Shown here: piece by piece, positions 1 to 7,664 of the stretch
How positions within the stretch are numbered: the first letter of the stretch is position 1
Layout of the letters: every line of letters starts with the position of its first letter
From: a virus
Taxonomy: Duplodnaviria > Caudoviricetes
Length of the DNA: 44,976 nt
IMG/VR virus record: IMGVR_UViG_3300048851_000200
Location: 1 to 44,976 of that record
Strand: one strand, 5' to 3'
Notes under the pieces: generated by a model
Told to the model about the DNA's origin: nothing
The model's database searches: none
What the model saw: only the letters and a program-made list of their open reading frames with translations
Made by a program: the position numbers and the translations under genes

Positions 1-1311
1 ATGCTGACAGACAAGGAAGTGCGCAGCGCGGCGGCTCGCGAGAAGCCGTACAAGATGGCCGACTCCGGCGGGCTCTACCTCTACGTGGCGACGACCGGCC
101 TGAAGTCCTGGCGCATGAAGTTCCGCCTTCATGGCAAGGAAAAGCTGCTCACGTTCGGTCCGTACCCCGACGTGAAGCTGAGCGAGGCGCGCGAGAGGCG
201 CGACGATGCGCGCCGCAAGATCCGCAACCACGAGGACCCGTCCGGCGCCCGCAAGCGCGCCCAGGATGCCAAGGAGCAGGCGAAGGCGGAGCAGGCCAAG
301 CTGGTCACCTTCGAGCAAGCGGCGCGCACGTGGTTCGCCCTGCAGTCGCCGCGCTGGGTGCCGGTGCACGCCGAGGATGTGATCACCAGCCTTGAGCGCG
401 ATGTGTTCCCCAGTCTGGGCTCCGAGCCACTCGTGGCGATCACGGCGCCGATGGTGCTCAAGACATTGCGAGCAGTCGAGGACCGCGGATCGATCGAGAC
501 GGCCAAGCGGCTGCGGCAGCGCATGTCCGCAGTCTATTCGTATGCGATCTCCGAAGGCATTGTGGCGCTCGATCCCGCCGCCGCCGTCGGCAAGGCGCTC
601 AAGCCGCTCTCGAAGAAGGGCAAGCAGCCGGCCCTCACCGACCCGAACGCGGCGCGCGAGGTGCTGATTGCCGCCGAGGCGTCGGGAGCCTCGCCGGTGA
701 CGAAGCTGGCCTCGCGGTTCCTTGCGCTCACCCAGTCACGCCCCGGCATGGTCCGGGGTGCCGAGTGGTCTGAGTTCGAAGGTCTCGACTGGGATGATGA
801 GACGTTCGGCCCCTTCCTTCCGATGTGGACCATCCCAGCGCAGCGCATGAAGCTGATCCTGGATCTGAAGGACGAGGAGCACTTCGAGCATCGGGTCCCG
901 CTATGCTGGCAGGCTGTCGACGTGCTGCGCGCCGTGCACCGGCTTACCGGGCGCGGCCGGCTGGTGTTCCCCGGCCAGCGGCATAGTCACCGGCCGATCA
1001 GCGAGAACGCGATCGGCTACCTCTACAATCGAGTCGGTTTCTTTGGCCGGCATGTGCCCCATGGCTGGCGCTCATCGTTCTCGACGACGATGAACGGCCT
1101 GGCCGTCAAGCATAAGCGGCTGGCCGATCCCGCGATCATCGAGCTGATGCTGGCGCACGTGCCGGAGAACAAGGTGAAGGCGGCATACGATCGCGCGGGG
1201 CATATGGAGCGGCGGCGCGAGCTATCGCAGGAGTGGGCTGATCTGCTGATGAAGGGCGTGCAGCCGGCCGAGGCGCTGCTGGATGGAGAGCGGCGAAATC
1301 GACGAGTTTAG
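1..1311 (+). CDS. int: Tyrosine integrase, P4/IntA family with N-terminal arm-binding domain
   Basis: N-terminus MLTD..VR.A..REKPYKMADSGGLYL; catalytic motifs SRPG(R), HGWR, LAH and AAY are intact. Confidence 0.95.
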   Translation: MLTDKEVRSAAAREKPYKMADSGGLYLYVATTGLKSWRMKFRLHGKEKLLTFGPYPDVKLSEARERRDDARRKIRNHEDPSGARKRAQDAKEQAKAEQAKLVTFEQAARTWFALQSPRWVPVHAEDVITSLERDVFPSLGSEPLVAITAPMVLKTLRAVEDRGSIETAKRLRQRMSAVYSYAISEGIVALDPAAAVGKALKPLSKKGKQPALTDPNAAREVLIAAEASGASPVTKLASRFLALTQSRPGMVRGAEWSEFEGLDWDDETFGPFLPMWTIPAQRMKLILDLKDEEHFEHRVPLCWQAVDVLRAVHRLTGRGRLVFPGQRHSHRPISENAIGYLYNRVGFFGRHVPHGWRSSFSTTMNGLAVKHKRLADPAIIELMLAHVPENKVKAAYDRAGHMERRRELSQEWADLLMKGVQPAEALLDGERRNRRV

Positions 1312-2270
1312 CTCTCGATGTCGCCGAAGAGTGATCGCTGTCGAGGCGGCGGCATCACGTGATGCACCTCGCTAACGACATACGACGGCTTGCCAACTGG
1401 CATGCCGCTCTGGTCCAGCCGGACTGTCTCCGTCATCGTGACCATCAGGACTGTGTTCGGCGGTGCCTCGACTTTGTTGGACTGGAACGCGCCTACCCAC
1501 TCACCGGCTTGCGCAACCATCTCCGCTTCGATCGCGCGCCCGTTCCAGAGCAGTGACCACTTGGCATGACCTTCATACTGGGGGGACTTGATGCGCACCG
1601 GCCCATGGATAACTGAGACGGCCTCGGTTGGCGTCTCGACCATTTCATCTGATGGGGCCGCTATGATAGCGGCGGCCTCCTCATCGGTGATGGAGACGAT
1701 TTCGGTGTCTTCCTGTAGGAAGGCCAGGCTGGTGTAACCCTCGCGCTGGAGTGGCCTCAGGACCGTCTTTGCCCGGTCCACGATCTGCTTGTCTTGCACG
1801 AGGAGGAAGGTCTCGCTGGGCAGCACAACCGTGTTGCCGCTACCCGTGATCACGGTCGTGAGCCCACCCGCCGTGGTGACTTGCAAGGGCGGCTTATCGC
1901 CGCCCTTGAGTAGCTGCATGGCTTTCCAAATGCCCCCGCCGGTCACTCCGAGGCCGCCGCCGATCAGGCCAATCCATTCAGCGATATCTCTCGCCGTCTT
2001 AACGCGCTCGCTGTCGAAAAACACCTTCGCTTGATCAAGGAACGACTGCACCAGGCTCAAGTCGATCATGAAGCACTTCTGCTCCACATCGGCGTTTACT
2101 AGCACCCGTATCTCGGCGCGGTCCCCGTTGAACTTACGGTTTGCCACTTGGATGATGTCGGCGAGCGCTAGCAGCGCAGGTGCCAGATCCTGCACGTCCA
2201 TCTCGTGGCCCGACAGTTCAGGTCCGTCATACCGGATGGTGGTCCGAACGTGCTTCGCCATGTCCATCAC
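1308..2270 (-). CDS. Hypothetical protein (~317-320 aa), accessory gene
   Basis: Long ORF with natural composition, convergent on the integrase with a 4-bp overlap; start may be the ATG at 2261 or 2267. Confidence 0.8.
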   Translation of the reverse strand: MMDMAKHVRTTIRYDGPELSGHEMDVQDLAPALLALADIIQVANRKFNGDRAEIRVLVNADVEQKCFMIDLSLVQSFLDQAKVFFDSERVKTARDIAEWIGLIGGGLGVTGGGIWKAMQLLKGGDKPPLQVTTAGGLTTVITGSGNTVVLPSETFLLVQDKQIVDRAKTVLRPLQREGYTSLAFLQEDTEIVSITDEEAAAIIAAPSDEMVETPTEAVSVIHGPVRIKSPQYEGHAKWSLLWNGRAIEAEMVAQAGEWVGAFQSNKVEAPPNTVLMVTMTETVRLDQSGMPVGKPSYVVSEVHHVMPPPRQRSLFGDIES

Positions 2271-2682
2271 GATAATGAGCCCCCTCGTTCACCGCCACTA
2301 GCTTGCGGCTGGTTGCATGCCAATCACGAAGAAGCTCGGGCTCGTCCGCAACGTCCGGATCCATACTCACCCGCATGACGAGCCCGAGCGTGGCCCCAGG
2401 CAAGTGCGCCCCCTTCACCCGCTCGACGATCGCGCGCACGTCATAGCCGCGGTCGATCTTGCTGCCGATCCAGACCGCCCGGTCACGCTTCAGGTAGCCG
2501 ACCCGGATCCCGCGGCAGCTGAACACCGCGACGGCCATGCGATCGTGCGGGTTCTCGGGCTCGCGCACCAGCAGCACGTCCTCTCCCGGCTCGCAGCGCG
2601 CCAGTTCCTCCTGCCGGCTGGTGCCGTCATCATTGTCAAAGCGCTCGCCGACCGCTGGCAAGCTGAAGTCGTTCCAGCCCAT
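2227..2682 (-). CDS. Stand-alone HIRAN domain protein
   Basis: Motif VGERF..RQEELARC.PGE.V.LVREPENPHD.MAVAV....G.RVGYL; start taken as ATG 2682 (MGWNDF). Confidence 0.88.
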   Translation of the reverse strand: MGWNDFSLPAVGERFDNDDGTSRQEELARCEPGEDVLLVREPENPHDRMAVAVFSCRGIRVGYLKRDRAVWIGSKIDRGYDVRAIVERVKGAHLPGATLGLVMRVSMDPDVADEPELLRDWHATSRKLVAVNEGAHYRDGHGEARSDHHPV

Positions 2683-2698
2683 CGCATCTTCCACGTGA

Positions 2699-2713
2699 GA
2701 ACATAACCGGAAC
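2699..2713. promoter_or_regulatory. Alphaproteobacterial LexA (SOS) box
   Basis: GAAC-ATAACCG-GAAC (GTTC-N7-GTTC on the minus strand), 16 bp upstream of the HIRAN ATG in the divergent intergenic region. Confidence 0.8.
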
Positions 2714-2756
2714 ATGCTAGAACGAAGTCTGTCGAGTCGCATAGAGGGTTTTGCAC

Positions 2757-3149
2757 ATGGGACATGCAACGAAGTTGGATGAACTGCGGGCCAAGGTAGC
2801 TCGCATCGAGAGCGAGCCGGGCTTTGATTTCGCGGCCTCTGTGCCGTCGCAGCGCCCCGCCCCGGCGCCCGAGCCTGAGCCGCTGCCAGAAGAGTTGCCG
2901 CCCCAGGTCGGACAGTTCGATGATGTCACCGATGCGGACAGCACACCCCAGCCGTTCGGCGCCTGGCTGCTCGAGCAAGGTCAGCGGAAGGGCTGGATCG
3001 CTGATCTCGCCAAGTGGGCGAAGTCTGATCGGGGCTTTCCGAGGAACGGCAGCGTCCAGGACGTGCGCAAGCGGCTCACCGCGGTGCAGGCCGAAGGCGA
3101 TGCGTTCGAGGCGCTGGATGACGCCGAGATGGACTGGGCGAGCTACTGA
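2757..3149 (+). CDS. YozE/SAM-like domain protein with Pro-rich linker
   Basis: C-terminal FGAWLLEQ..RKGWIADLA.WAKSDRGFP motif resembles the YozE family; ATG at 2757. Confidence 0.7.
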   Translation: MGHATKLDELRAKVARIESEPGFDFAASVPSQRPAPAPEPEPLPEELPPQVGQFDDVTDADSTPQPFGAWLLEQGQRKGWIADLAKWAKSDRGFPRNGSVQDVRKRLTAVQAEGDAFEALDDAEMDWASY

Positions 3150-3385
3150 TGTCCGAGCCGATGACCGACGATGTCCTGATCGCGCTCGCGCAGCACCGCT
3201 ATGATAAGGCCGAGCGCGAGGACGCGAGCATGGACGACTGCCGGCAGCTGCGCGACATCTTCCCGGCCGTGCTGCAGCGGCTGCGCGAGAAGGTGGAGAT
3301 CACACGCGATTTGGTGATGATCGAAGAGATCGACCTACGCGACCCTGCCGCAATCGCGCGCTTGGTGGCGACCGCCAATGACTGA
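3149..3385 (+). CDS. Hypothetical protein
   Basis: Coupled to the upstream gene (TGATG overlap); helical composition. Confidence 0.7.
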   Translation: MSEPMTDDVLIALAQHRYDKAEREDASMDDCRQLRDIFPAVLQRLREKVEITRDLVMIEEIDLRDPAAIARLVATAND

Positions 3386-3674
3386 GCGCTTCCGCATCAC
3401 GGTGTTCGGCCGGCCGCGCTCGCCGTGGCGCGACAGCGACGAGGAAGCCATGGCTGATGCTGTGGCGCTGGAACTTGCGTCTTGGGACGCCAGCCGGCGC
3501 GAGTGGTTCCTGGCAGTGCCGGTCTCGCTCCAGAGCAGGCGGGCGGTGAAGTTGCGCGGGCGGCATGAACGGGAGTTCGCAGCATTTGCGCATCCTTGGG
3601 ATATGACTATATGCAACGTGCACGCAACGTTGCTGCTTAGGTGGCTGGGTGTAGAAAGGTTCGAAAATGGCTGA
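3378..3674 (+). CDS. Hypothetical protein; the C-terminal part may be read-through into the next promoter
   Basis: Overlaps the upstream stop. The first ~55 aa look natural; the 3' part contains promoter-like sequence. Confidence 0.6.
   Translation: MTERFRITVFGRPRSPWRDSDEEAMADAVALELASWDASRREWFLAVPVSLQSRRAVKLRGRHEREFAAFAHPWDMTICNVHATLLLRWLGVERFENG
3586..3633 (+). promoter_or_regulatory. Putative sigma70 promoter and palindromic operator for the Panacea operon
   Basis: TTGCGC-N16-TATATG followed by the inverted repeat GCAACGT-N7-ACGTTGC (3613-3633). Confidence 0.45.
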
Positions 3675-4131
3675 TGCACGCATCGTCGCGAACCGCTTTC
3701 TCGAGCTTGCTCGGGAACAAGGGCGGTCGCTGACCCCCATGCAAATATTAAAGCTAGTCTACATCGCCCATGGCTGGATGCTTGGGTTAAATGGCCGTGC
3801 GCTGATCGATCAGCCCGTCGAGGCGTGGCAGTACGGCCCGGTGGTTCGGGACGTCTACAATGGCGTTCGGCACTATGGTAAGTCGCCCGTTGCTGCCGGC
3901 ATGTGGGCGCCTCCAGGCTCACTTGACCCGCTAGAAGAGAACATGATCAGCCAGGTCTACGGTCTCTACGGCGCCATGAGCGGTCTCCAGCTTTCCAACA
4001 TCACGCACATGCCGAATACACCTTGGGCACAAACCTATCGTCCTGGGGCTTTTGGCATTCAAATCCCAGATCCTATAATCGCTGATCACTACAAGCGGCT
4101 TGCGCGTGAACGGCCAAGAGCCGCATCCTAA
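3667..4131 (+). CDS. Panacea (DUF4065/SocA/GepA-like) antitoxin
   Basis: Motifs VANRFL, LTPMQILKLVYIAHGW, VEAWQYGPVV and LSNITH...TPW. Confidence 0.92.
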   Translation: MADARIVANRFLELAREQGRSLTPMQILKLVYIAHGWMLGLNGRALIDQPVEAWQYGPVVRDVYNGVRHYGKSPVAAGMWAPPGSLDPLEENMISQVYGLYGAMSGLQLSNITHMPNTPWAQTYRPGAFGIQIPDPIIADHYKRLARERPRAAS

Positions 4132-4522
4132 TAAAGGCGGCACGCAGCCGCCTCAGATACCAGGCCTGCCCGACGTCGAGTTAGCCGCGTCGGGCAGCGC
4201 TGTATCCCTCAAGAACGCCTTCGCCGAGGAGGCCTCGCTATCCCGCGGGGCGACACCCGAGGAACTTGCGCAAGATGCTCAGGAGAAAGAGCATCATCGT
4301 AATCAGCGCTTTCGCCACCATTTCGAACTGATCGCCATAGTCGCCCTCTGGATCGCCGCGGCAGCGATCACCTTGATCGGAGGGATCTGGCTATGGCACA
4401 TGGGCGCTCCGGCACGCTGGCGCTGGCTGACCGGCGAAGATGTGTCGCATCTCCAAAGCATCATGACCGCTGGGCTTCTAGTTGGTGTGATTGGCAACCA
4501 TTTCAAAAAGCGCATTGGCTAA
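4106..4522 (+). CDS. Two-TM membrane protein, putative cognate toxin/effector of the Panacea antitoxin
   Basis: Overlaps the antitoxin 3' end; two hydrophobic segments (LIAIVALWIAAAAITLIGGIWLW and IMTAGLLVGVIG); start GTG 4106 or TTG 4100. Confidence 0.7.
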   Translation: MNGQEPHPNKGGTQPPQIPGLPDVELAASGSAVSLKNAFAEEASLSRGATPEELAQDAQEKEHHRNQRFRHHFELIAIVALWIAAAAITLIGGIWLWHMGAPARWRWLTGEDVSHLQSIMTAGLLVGVIGNHFKKRIG

Positions 4523-4526
4523 ACGG

Positions 4527-4585
4527 AAAAGGCGCCCCGGCCGGAACCGGAGCGCCCTGAAGTTGGCTACATGGGGATGTAACGT
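4527..4585 (-). ncRNA. Candidate small RNA, copy 1
   Basis: Promoter TTGCAT-N16-TAGTCT (4619-4592); hairpin GUUACAU-CCCC-AUGUAGC; GC-rich terminator hairpin with UUUU; paralogous to 5274-5331. Confidence 0.6.
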
Positions 4586-4748
4586 GGCTCGAGACTAACC
4601 GCTGACATGCCGGATGCAACCCGCTGTTTCCCCAGCTTTTTGTGGAGCAAGCGGGAACCATCAGCTGGCCGACCAGGGCGCACGATTAAGCCAGGATGCG
4701 GAAACCAAGTAGCGGCGCTCCGGCTTTCACTTCAAAGGAGTGCCCTGC

Positions 4749-5012
4749 ATGGCGATGTACCACATCAACGTTCGCACCGAGTCCCACATCGCGAGCACGG
4801 TCGACTTTGAAAGGGGCAGCTTGAACGAACTGCGGTTGGAGATGGCGCAATTTGTAGGCGAGTTGCTGAAGGATCATGCGGAACAGATCTGGGTCGACGA
4901 GGACTGGCAGGTCGATGTGACGAACGATGACGGCTTGATCCTGTACGTCATCAATGTTTCGGCGAGTGAGGCCGCCAGCACGATTGGCTCGGTTCCCCGA
5001 CGAAATAACTAG
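4749..5012 (+). CDS. DUF6894-like small alphaproteobacterial protein
   Basis: Pattern M..YH.N......W.V.VT.D.G..L; RBS AAAGGAG before ATG 4749. Confidence 0.75.
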   Translation: MAMYHINVRTESHIASTVDFERGSLNELRLEMAQFVGELLKDHAEQIWVDEDWQVDVTNDDGLILYVINVSASEAASTIGSVPRRNN

Positions 5013-5095
5013 AACGATTAGCACGCGCTAGCGTATCGATCTGGGTCGACCTATGCTCGTCACCTCTTCCCGTTGCAGGTAAAGCACTGGCGATT

Positions 5096-5269
5096 ATGAC
5101 CGAAACTGACCATAGCGGTGTGCTCAGAGCGGAAGCATCCTCGGCCCGCCGCGAAGCACGCAGGACAGAGGATCCGGTACTGTCGCAGATACTGACCGCG
5201 CTTGCGAACGGCTGCGAAATACGTGCCCTGCTAAACGAACGCTTGGCCGCAGATCAGCCAGTGCGATGA
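5096..5269 (+). CDS. Small hypothetical protein (57 aa), not in the ORF track
   Basis: Hand translation MTETDHSGVLRAEASSARREARRTEDPVLSQILTALANGCEIRALLNERLAADQPVR; a hairpin follows the stop. Confidence 0.5.
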   Translation: MTETDHSGVLRAEASSARREARRTEDPVLSQILTALANGCEIRALLNERLAADQPVR

Positions 5270-5273
5270 ACAC

Positions 5274-5331
5274 AGAATAGGGCGCCCCAGCCGAAGCCGG
5301 GACGCCCTCTTGCGCTACAGGGGATGTAACG
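5274..5331 (-). ncRNA. Candidate small RNA, copy 2
   Basis: Extended -10 TGcTATAGC (5345-5337); hairpin GUUACA-UCCCC-UGUAGC; terminator stem closed by a C(UUCG)G tetraloop; paralogous to 4527-4585. Confidence 0.6.
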
Positions 5332-5413
5332 GGCTCGCTATAGCACCAGCCGGTTAACGATTGCGAACGATCAACTCCCCCGCCCGGTTTTCGGCGTAGG
5401 TGGTCGCGAGCGC

Positions 5414-6025
5414 TCAGTGAACAGTTGCGCCCATCTCTTCGAGCCAGTCCGATGATGCCTCATCTACCAACATATCGATCGGCCGGAGCCCGTCCCGGTC
5501 AGGGATGTCCTCGTCAAGCGATCGCATAGCAAATGCGTTGGCGTAGTCGTTGAGTGCCTTGTTGCCGAACGTTCGGGCTCGCGTCTCAATCGCATCCAGC
5601 GCAACGTCACCTTCGATCACCGCGAGCATGAGGGAGGCAGCCGCGTCGGCGGCTATGTCGGGCGGCAGCGAGCAACCGACAGCTCTTACCACGCGCCGTT
5701 GCAGACGCTGGAAATCTGCCTCACCCACGTCCTTCCGGCGGCTATTCTGGGGCGTGATCCCGTGTCGCTTCCGCCACTCCTCCACGCTGGAGAGATTGAC
5801 GCCTTGATATCTGGCGATCCTCTTTTCTCCCCATCCCAGGCTATAGAGTAACCGCCTCATGGGAAGCGCCTCGTGGCCGATCTGGCCAGGAGAACTGTTA
5901 CGCCGAAGGCCGTGGCGCGTTCTCCAATGATGGACGGCAGAGGGAGCCACCCCTTGCCTCCGTGCGATCTCGCTATCGTTTAGCCCTTCGGCGTAGAGCA
6001 CCCGCCGTTCGTCAAGCTTGTCCAT
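5414..6025 (-). CDS. Protein with two tandem HTH motifs and a C-terminal helical domain
   Basis: LYAEGLNDSEIARRQGVAPSAVHHWR and LYSLGWGEKRIARYQGVNLSSVEEWR; RBS AGGAG. Confidence 0.8.
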   Translation of the reverse strand: MDKLDERRVLYAEGLNDSEIARRQGVAPSAVHHWRTRHGLRRNSSPGQIGHEALPMRRLLYSLGWGEKRIARYQGVNLSSVEEWRKRHGITPQNSRRKDVGEADFQRLQRRVVRAVGCSLPPDIAADAAASLMLAVIEGDVALDAIETRARTFGNKALNDYANAFAMRSLDEDIPDRDGLRPIDMLVDEASSDWLEEMGATVH

Positions 6026-6142
6026 GCATCTTCTCCTGCCAGCGTTGTGCCAGCGGCAGGCGCCATGCTCTTCCAGGCATGAAGCGGAAGCATTTTGGTT
6101 CAGGCCGTGAGCATCCTAAGATCAGCGATGCACATGTGTGCC

Positions 6143-6493
6143 CTAGCTGCGACGAGACGATCCGCGGCCAAGCGGCTCGGAACGAGTCGGCTGAGCGACG
6201 TGCTGCCCCGCTGCGCGTCGCCGCTCGCTCAGCGGCATGTTGGTGTTGGGGTCCCACCGGTTGCTGTGGTCGATCTGCTTGGACAGAGCTGAGCGGCGCC
6301 GTGAGTAAGCCGGTGGCACCATGGGGTAGTCGTCTGGTAGGCCGAACGCCTCACGATAGCTCTGCGCCGTGTAGCCGTGCTGGTGAATATGGCGCTTGAG
6401 CATAACGCAGTGCTGCCCATCGATCAGGCTAACCAGATAGTTCTCGTGGATCGTGTGATGGGTTGGTTGCCGAGCCGAGTCGTCGTCGATCAT
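6143..6493 (-). CDS. MucR/Ros-family protein, DNA-binding domain only (N-terminally truncated)
   Basis: LVSLIDG...MLKRH..HG.T...YR..FGLP.DYPMV.PAYS.RRS motif; fewer than 20 residues precede it. Confidence 0.8.
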   Translation of the reverse strand: MIDDDSARQPTHHTIHENYLVSLIDGQHCVMLKRHIHQHGYTAQSYREAFGLPDDYPMVPPAYSRRRSALSKQIDHSNRWDPNTNMPLSERRRAAGQHVAQPTRSEPLGRGSSRRS

Positions 6494-6617
6494 GGATATC
6501 CCGTTGCAAAACCCGATGTGCAAGCTGCTATACCTGCGGCAGCATGATTATGGTAGCGACCTTGGTGCAAGTGAATGTGCCGAAACCGGGCTGCGCAAGC
6601 GCTATCTTGGTAAAGGC

Positions 6618-7151
6618 TCACCGATGTGTGCCCGTGCCAGTCTCGGTGAAGTACCGTGCCATCGCGCTGGTGCCCCGATCGCTCAGCTGGACAAATGCCC
6701 TCCGCCGGTCGGATGTGTCGCTCACCCGTTCGAAGAGGCCCTGTTCGACGAGAATGCCGATCCAGCGGAGTGCGGTAGTAGGTGGGACACCTGATGCTAT
6801 GCAGAGGGATGTCACGGAAACCCGACGGTTCAGCGCGGTGGCGGCCGTAAGGTCGAGCAGCATGTCCCAAGCAGGATCCGCAAAGAGTTGCGCGTCGAAG
6901 AACCGCGAACGGAGTTGCCGGTTCTTGATGATCCGTCCCACCATGCGGGGATCGGGAAGCGGTGGGCGTGCCTCTCGGATGGAGCGACCCGAAGGCTCAA
7001 CTTGCTCGACGATCTTGTTGTACGGCGCAGAAGGGGCGCTCTGGCTTGGCTTCTCGATCGTACTGACCACCCTTTCGACCCGCTGCGCGAGGTCCTCAAA
7101 CAGCTTGATGAGGTGGGCGGCTTCGTTAGATAAACTGCTGTCTTCCTTCAT
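6618..7151 (-). CDS. MarR-like winged-helix DNA-binding protein
   Basis: LFADPAWDMLLDL...VSVTSLCIASGVPPTTALRWI...D..DRRR.FV.L signature. Confidence 0.85.
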   Translation of the reverse strand: MKEDSSLSNEAAHLIKLFEDLAQRVERVVSTIEKPSQSAPSAPYNKIVEQVEPSGRSIREARPPLPDPRMVGRIIKNRQLRSRFFDAQLFADPAWDMLLDLTAATALNRRVSVTSLCIASGVPPTTALRWIGILVEQGLFERVSDTSDRRRAFVQLSDRGTSAMARYFTETGTGTHR

Positions 7152-7184
7152 TATCTTCTTCCGTCACAAGAGGACGGAGACTGT

Positions 7185-7664
7185 TCATCTGCTGACTTCG
7201 TAAACCTGCATGATCAGCACCAACATTGCGATTACCTCTAACCAGGTAACGTGCTTGCCGAGCCAGAGCAGCCGAGTTCCATCAACAGCACTGTCGAAAC
7301 CTGCCTCCGGGGACGGCTCAGTGCTCATCCTGGCGGCGGACGGACCTTGGGTCGAGCCGCCACAATCATCCAGGATGGACTCACGCCGTTCCGAAATGGA
7401 GTTTCTCTGCTGATCGGTATTGCCCGCTAGCTGGGGCGTCTCGGTGGTACTTGTTACCTTCGTTGCCAGGTACGTCCTGGCAAGCTCCCTGCGATCGTTA
7501 CACTGATAACGAATGAGTAGCTTCTCTATCCGCTGGTCTATTGCTGAAGCGGACACGCCACAGCGTTGCGCGATCTCCTTAGACGTGAAGCCCATCGATA
7601 ATAAGTCAAGGGTTTCGTGCTGTTTATCGTTAACCTCTACGACGCGTTCTTTAACAGATAGCAT
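7185..7664 (-). CDS. LuxR-type HTH regulator with C-terminal transmembrane segment
   Basis: KQHETLDLLSMGFTSKEIAQRCGVSASAIDQRIEK HTH; C-terminal WLEVIAMLVLIMQVY; RBS GAGGAG before ATG 7664. Confidence 0.8.
   Translation of the reverse strand: MLSVKERVVEVNDKQHETLDLLSMGFTSKEIAQRCGVSASAIDQRIEKLLIRYQCNDRRELARTYLATKVTSTTETPQLAGNTDQQRNSISERRESILDDCGGSTQGPSAARMSTEPSPEAGFDSAVDGTRLLWLGKHVTWLEVIAMLVLIMQVYEVSR

Noticed and set aside
4566-4583. Plus-strand CUACA(U)GGGGAUGU resembling the CsrA/RsmA binding consensus (also 5314-5330)
   Set aside because: The stem has a C-A mismatch on the plus strand, the promoter and U-tract point to the minus strand, and most Alphaproteobacteria lack CsrA. Kept only as an alternative reading.
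4527-5331. The two repeats as a CRISPR array or att sites
   Set aside because: Only two diverged copies about 750 bp apart with genes between them; no cas genes; no match to the att core.
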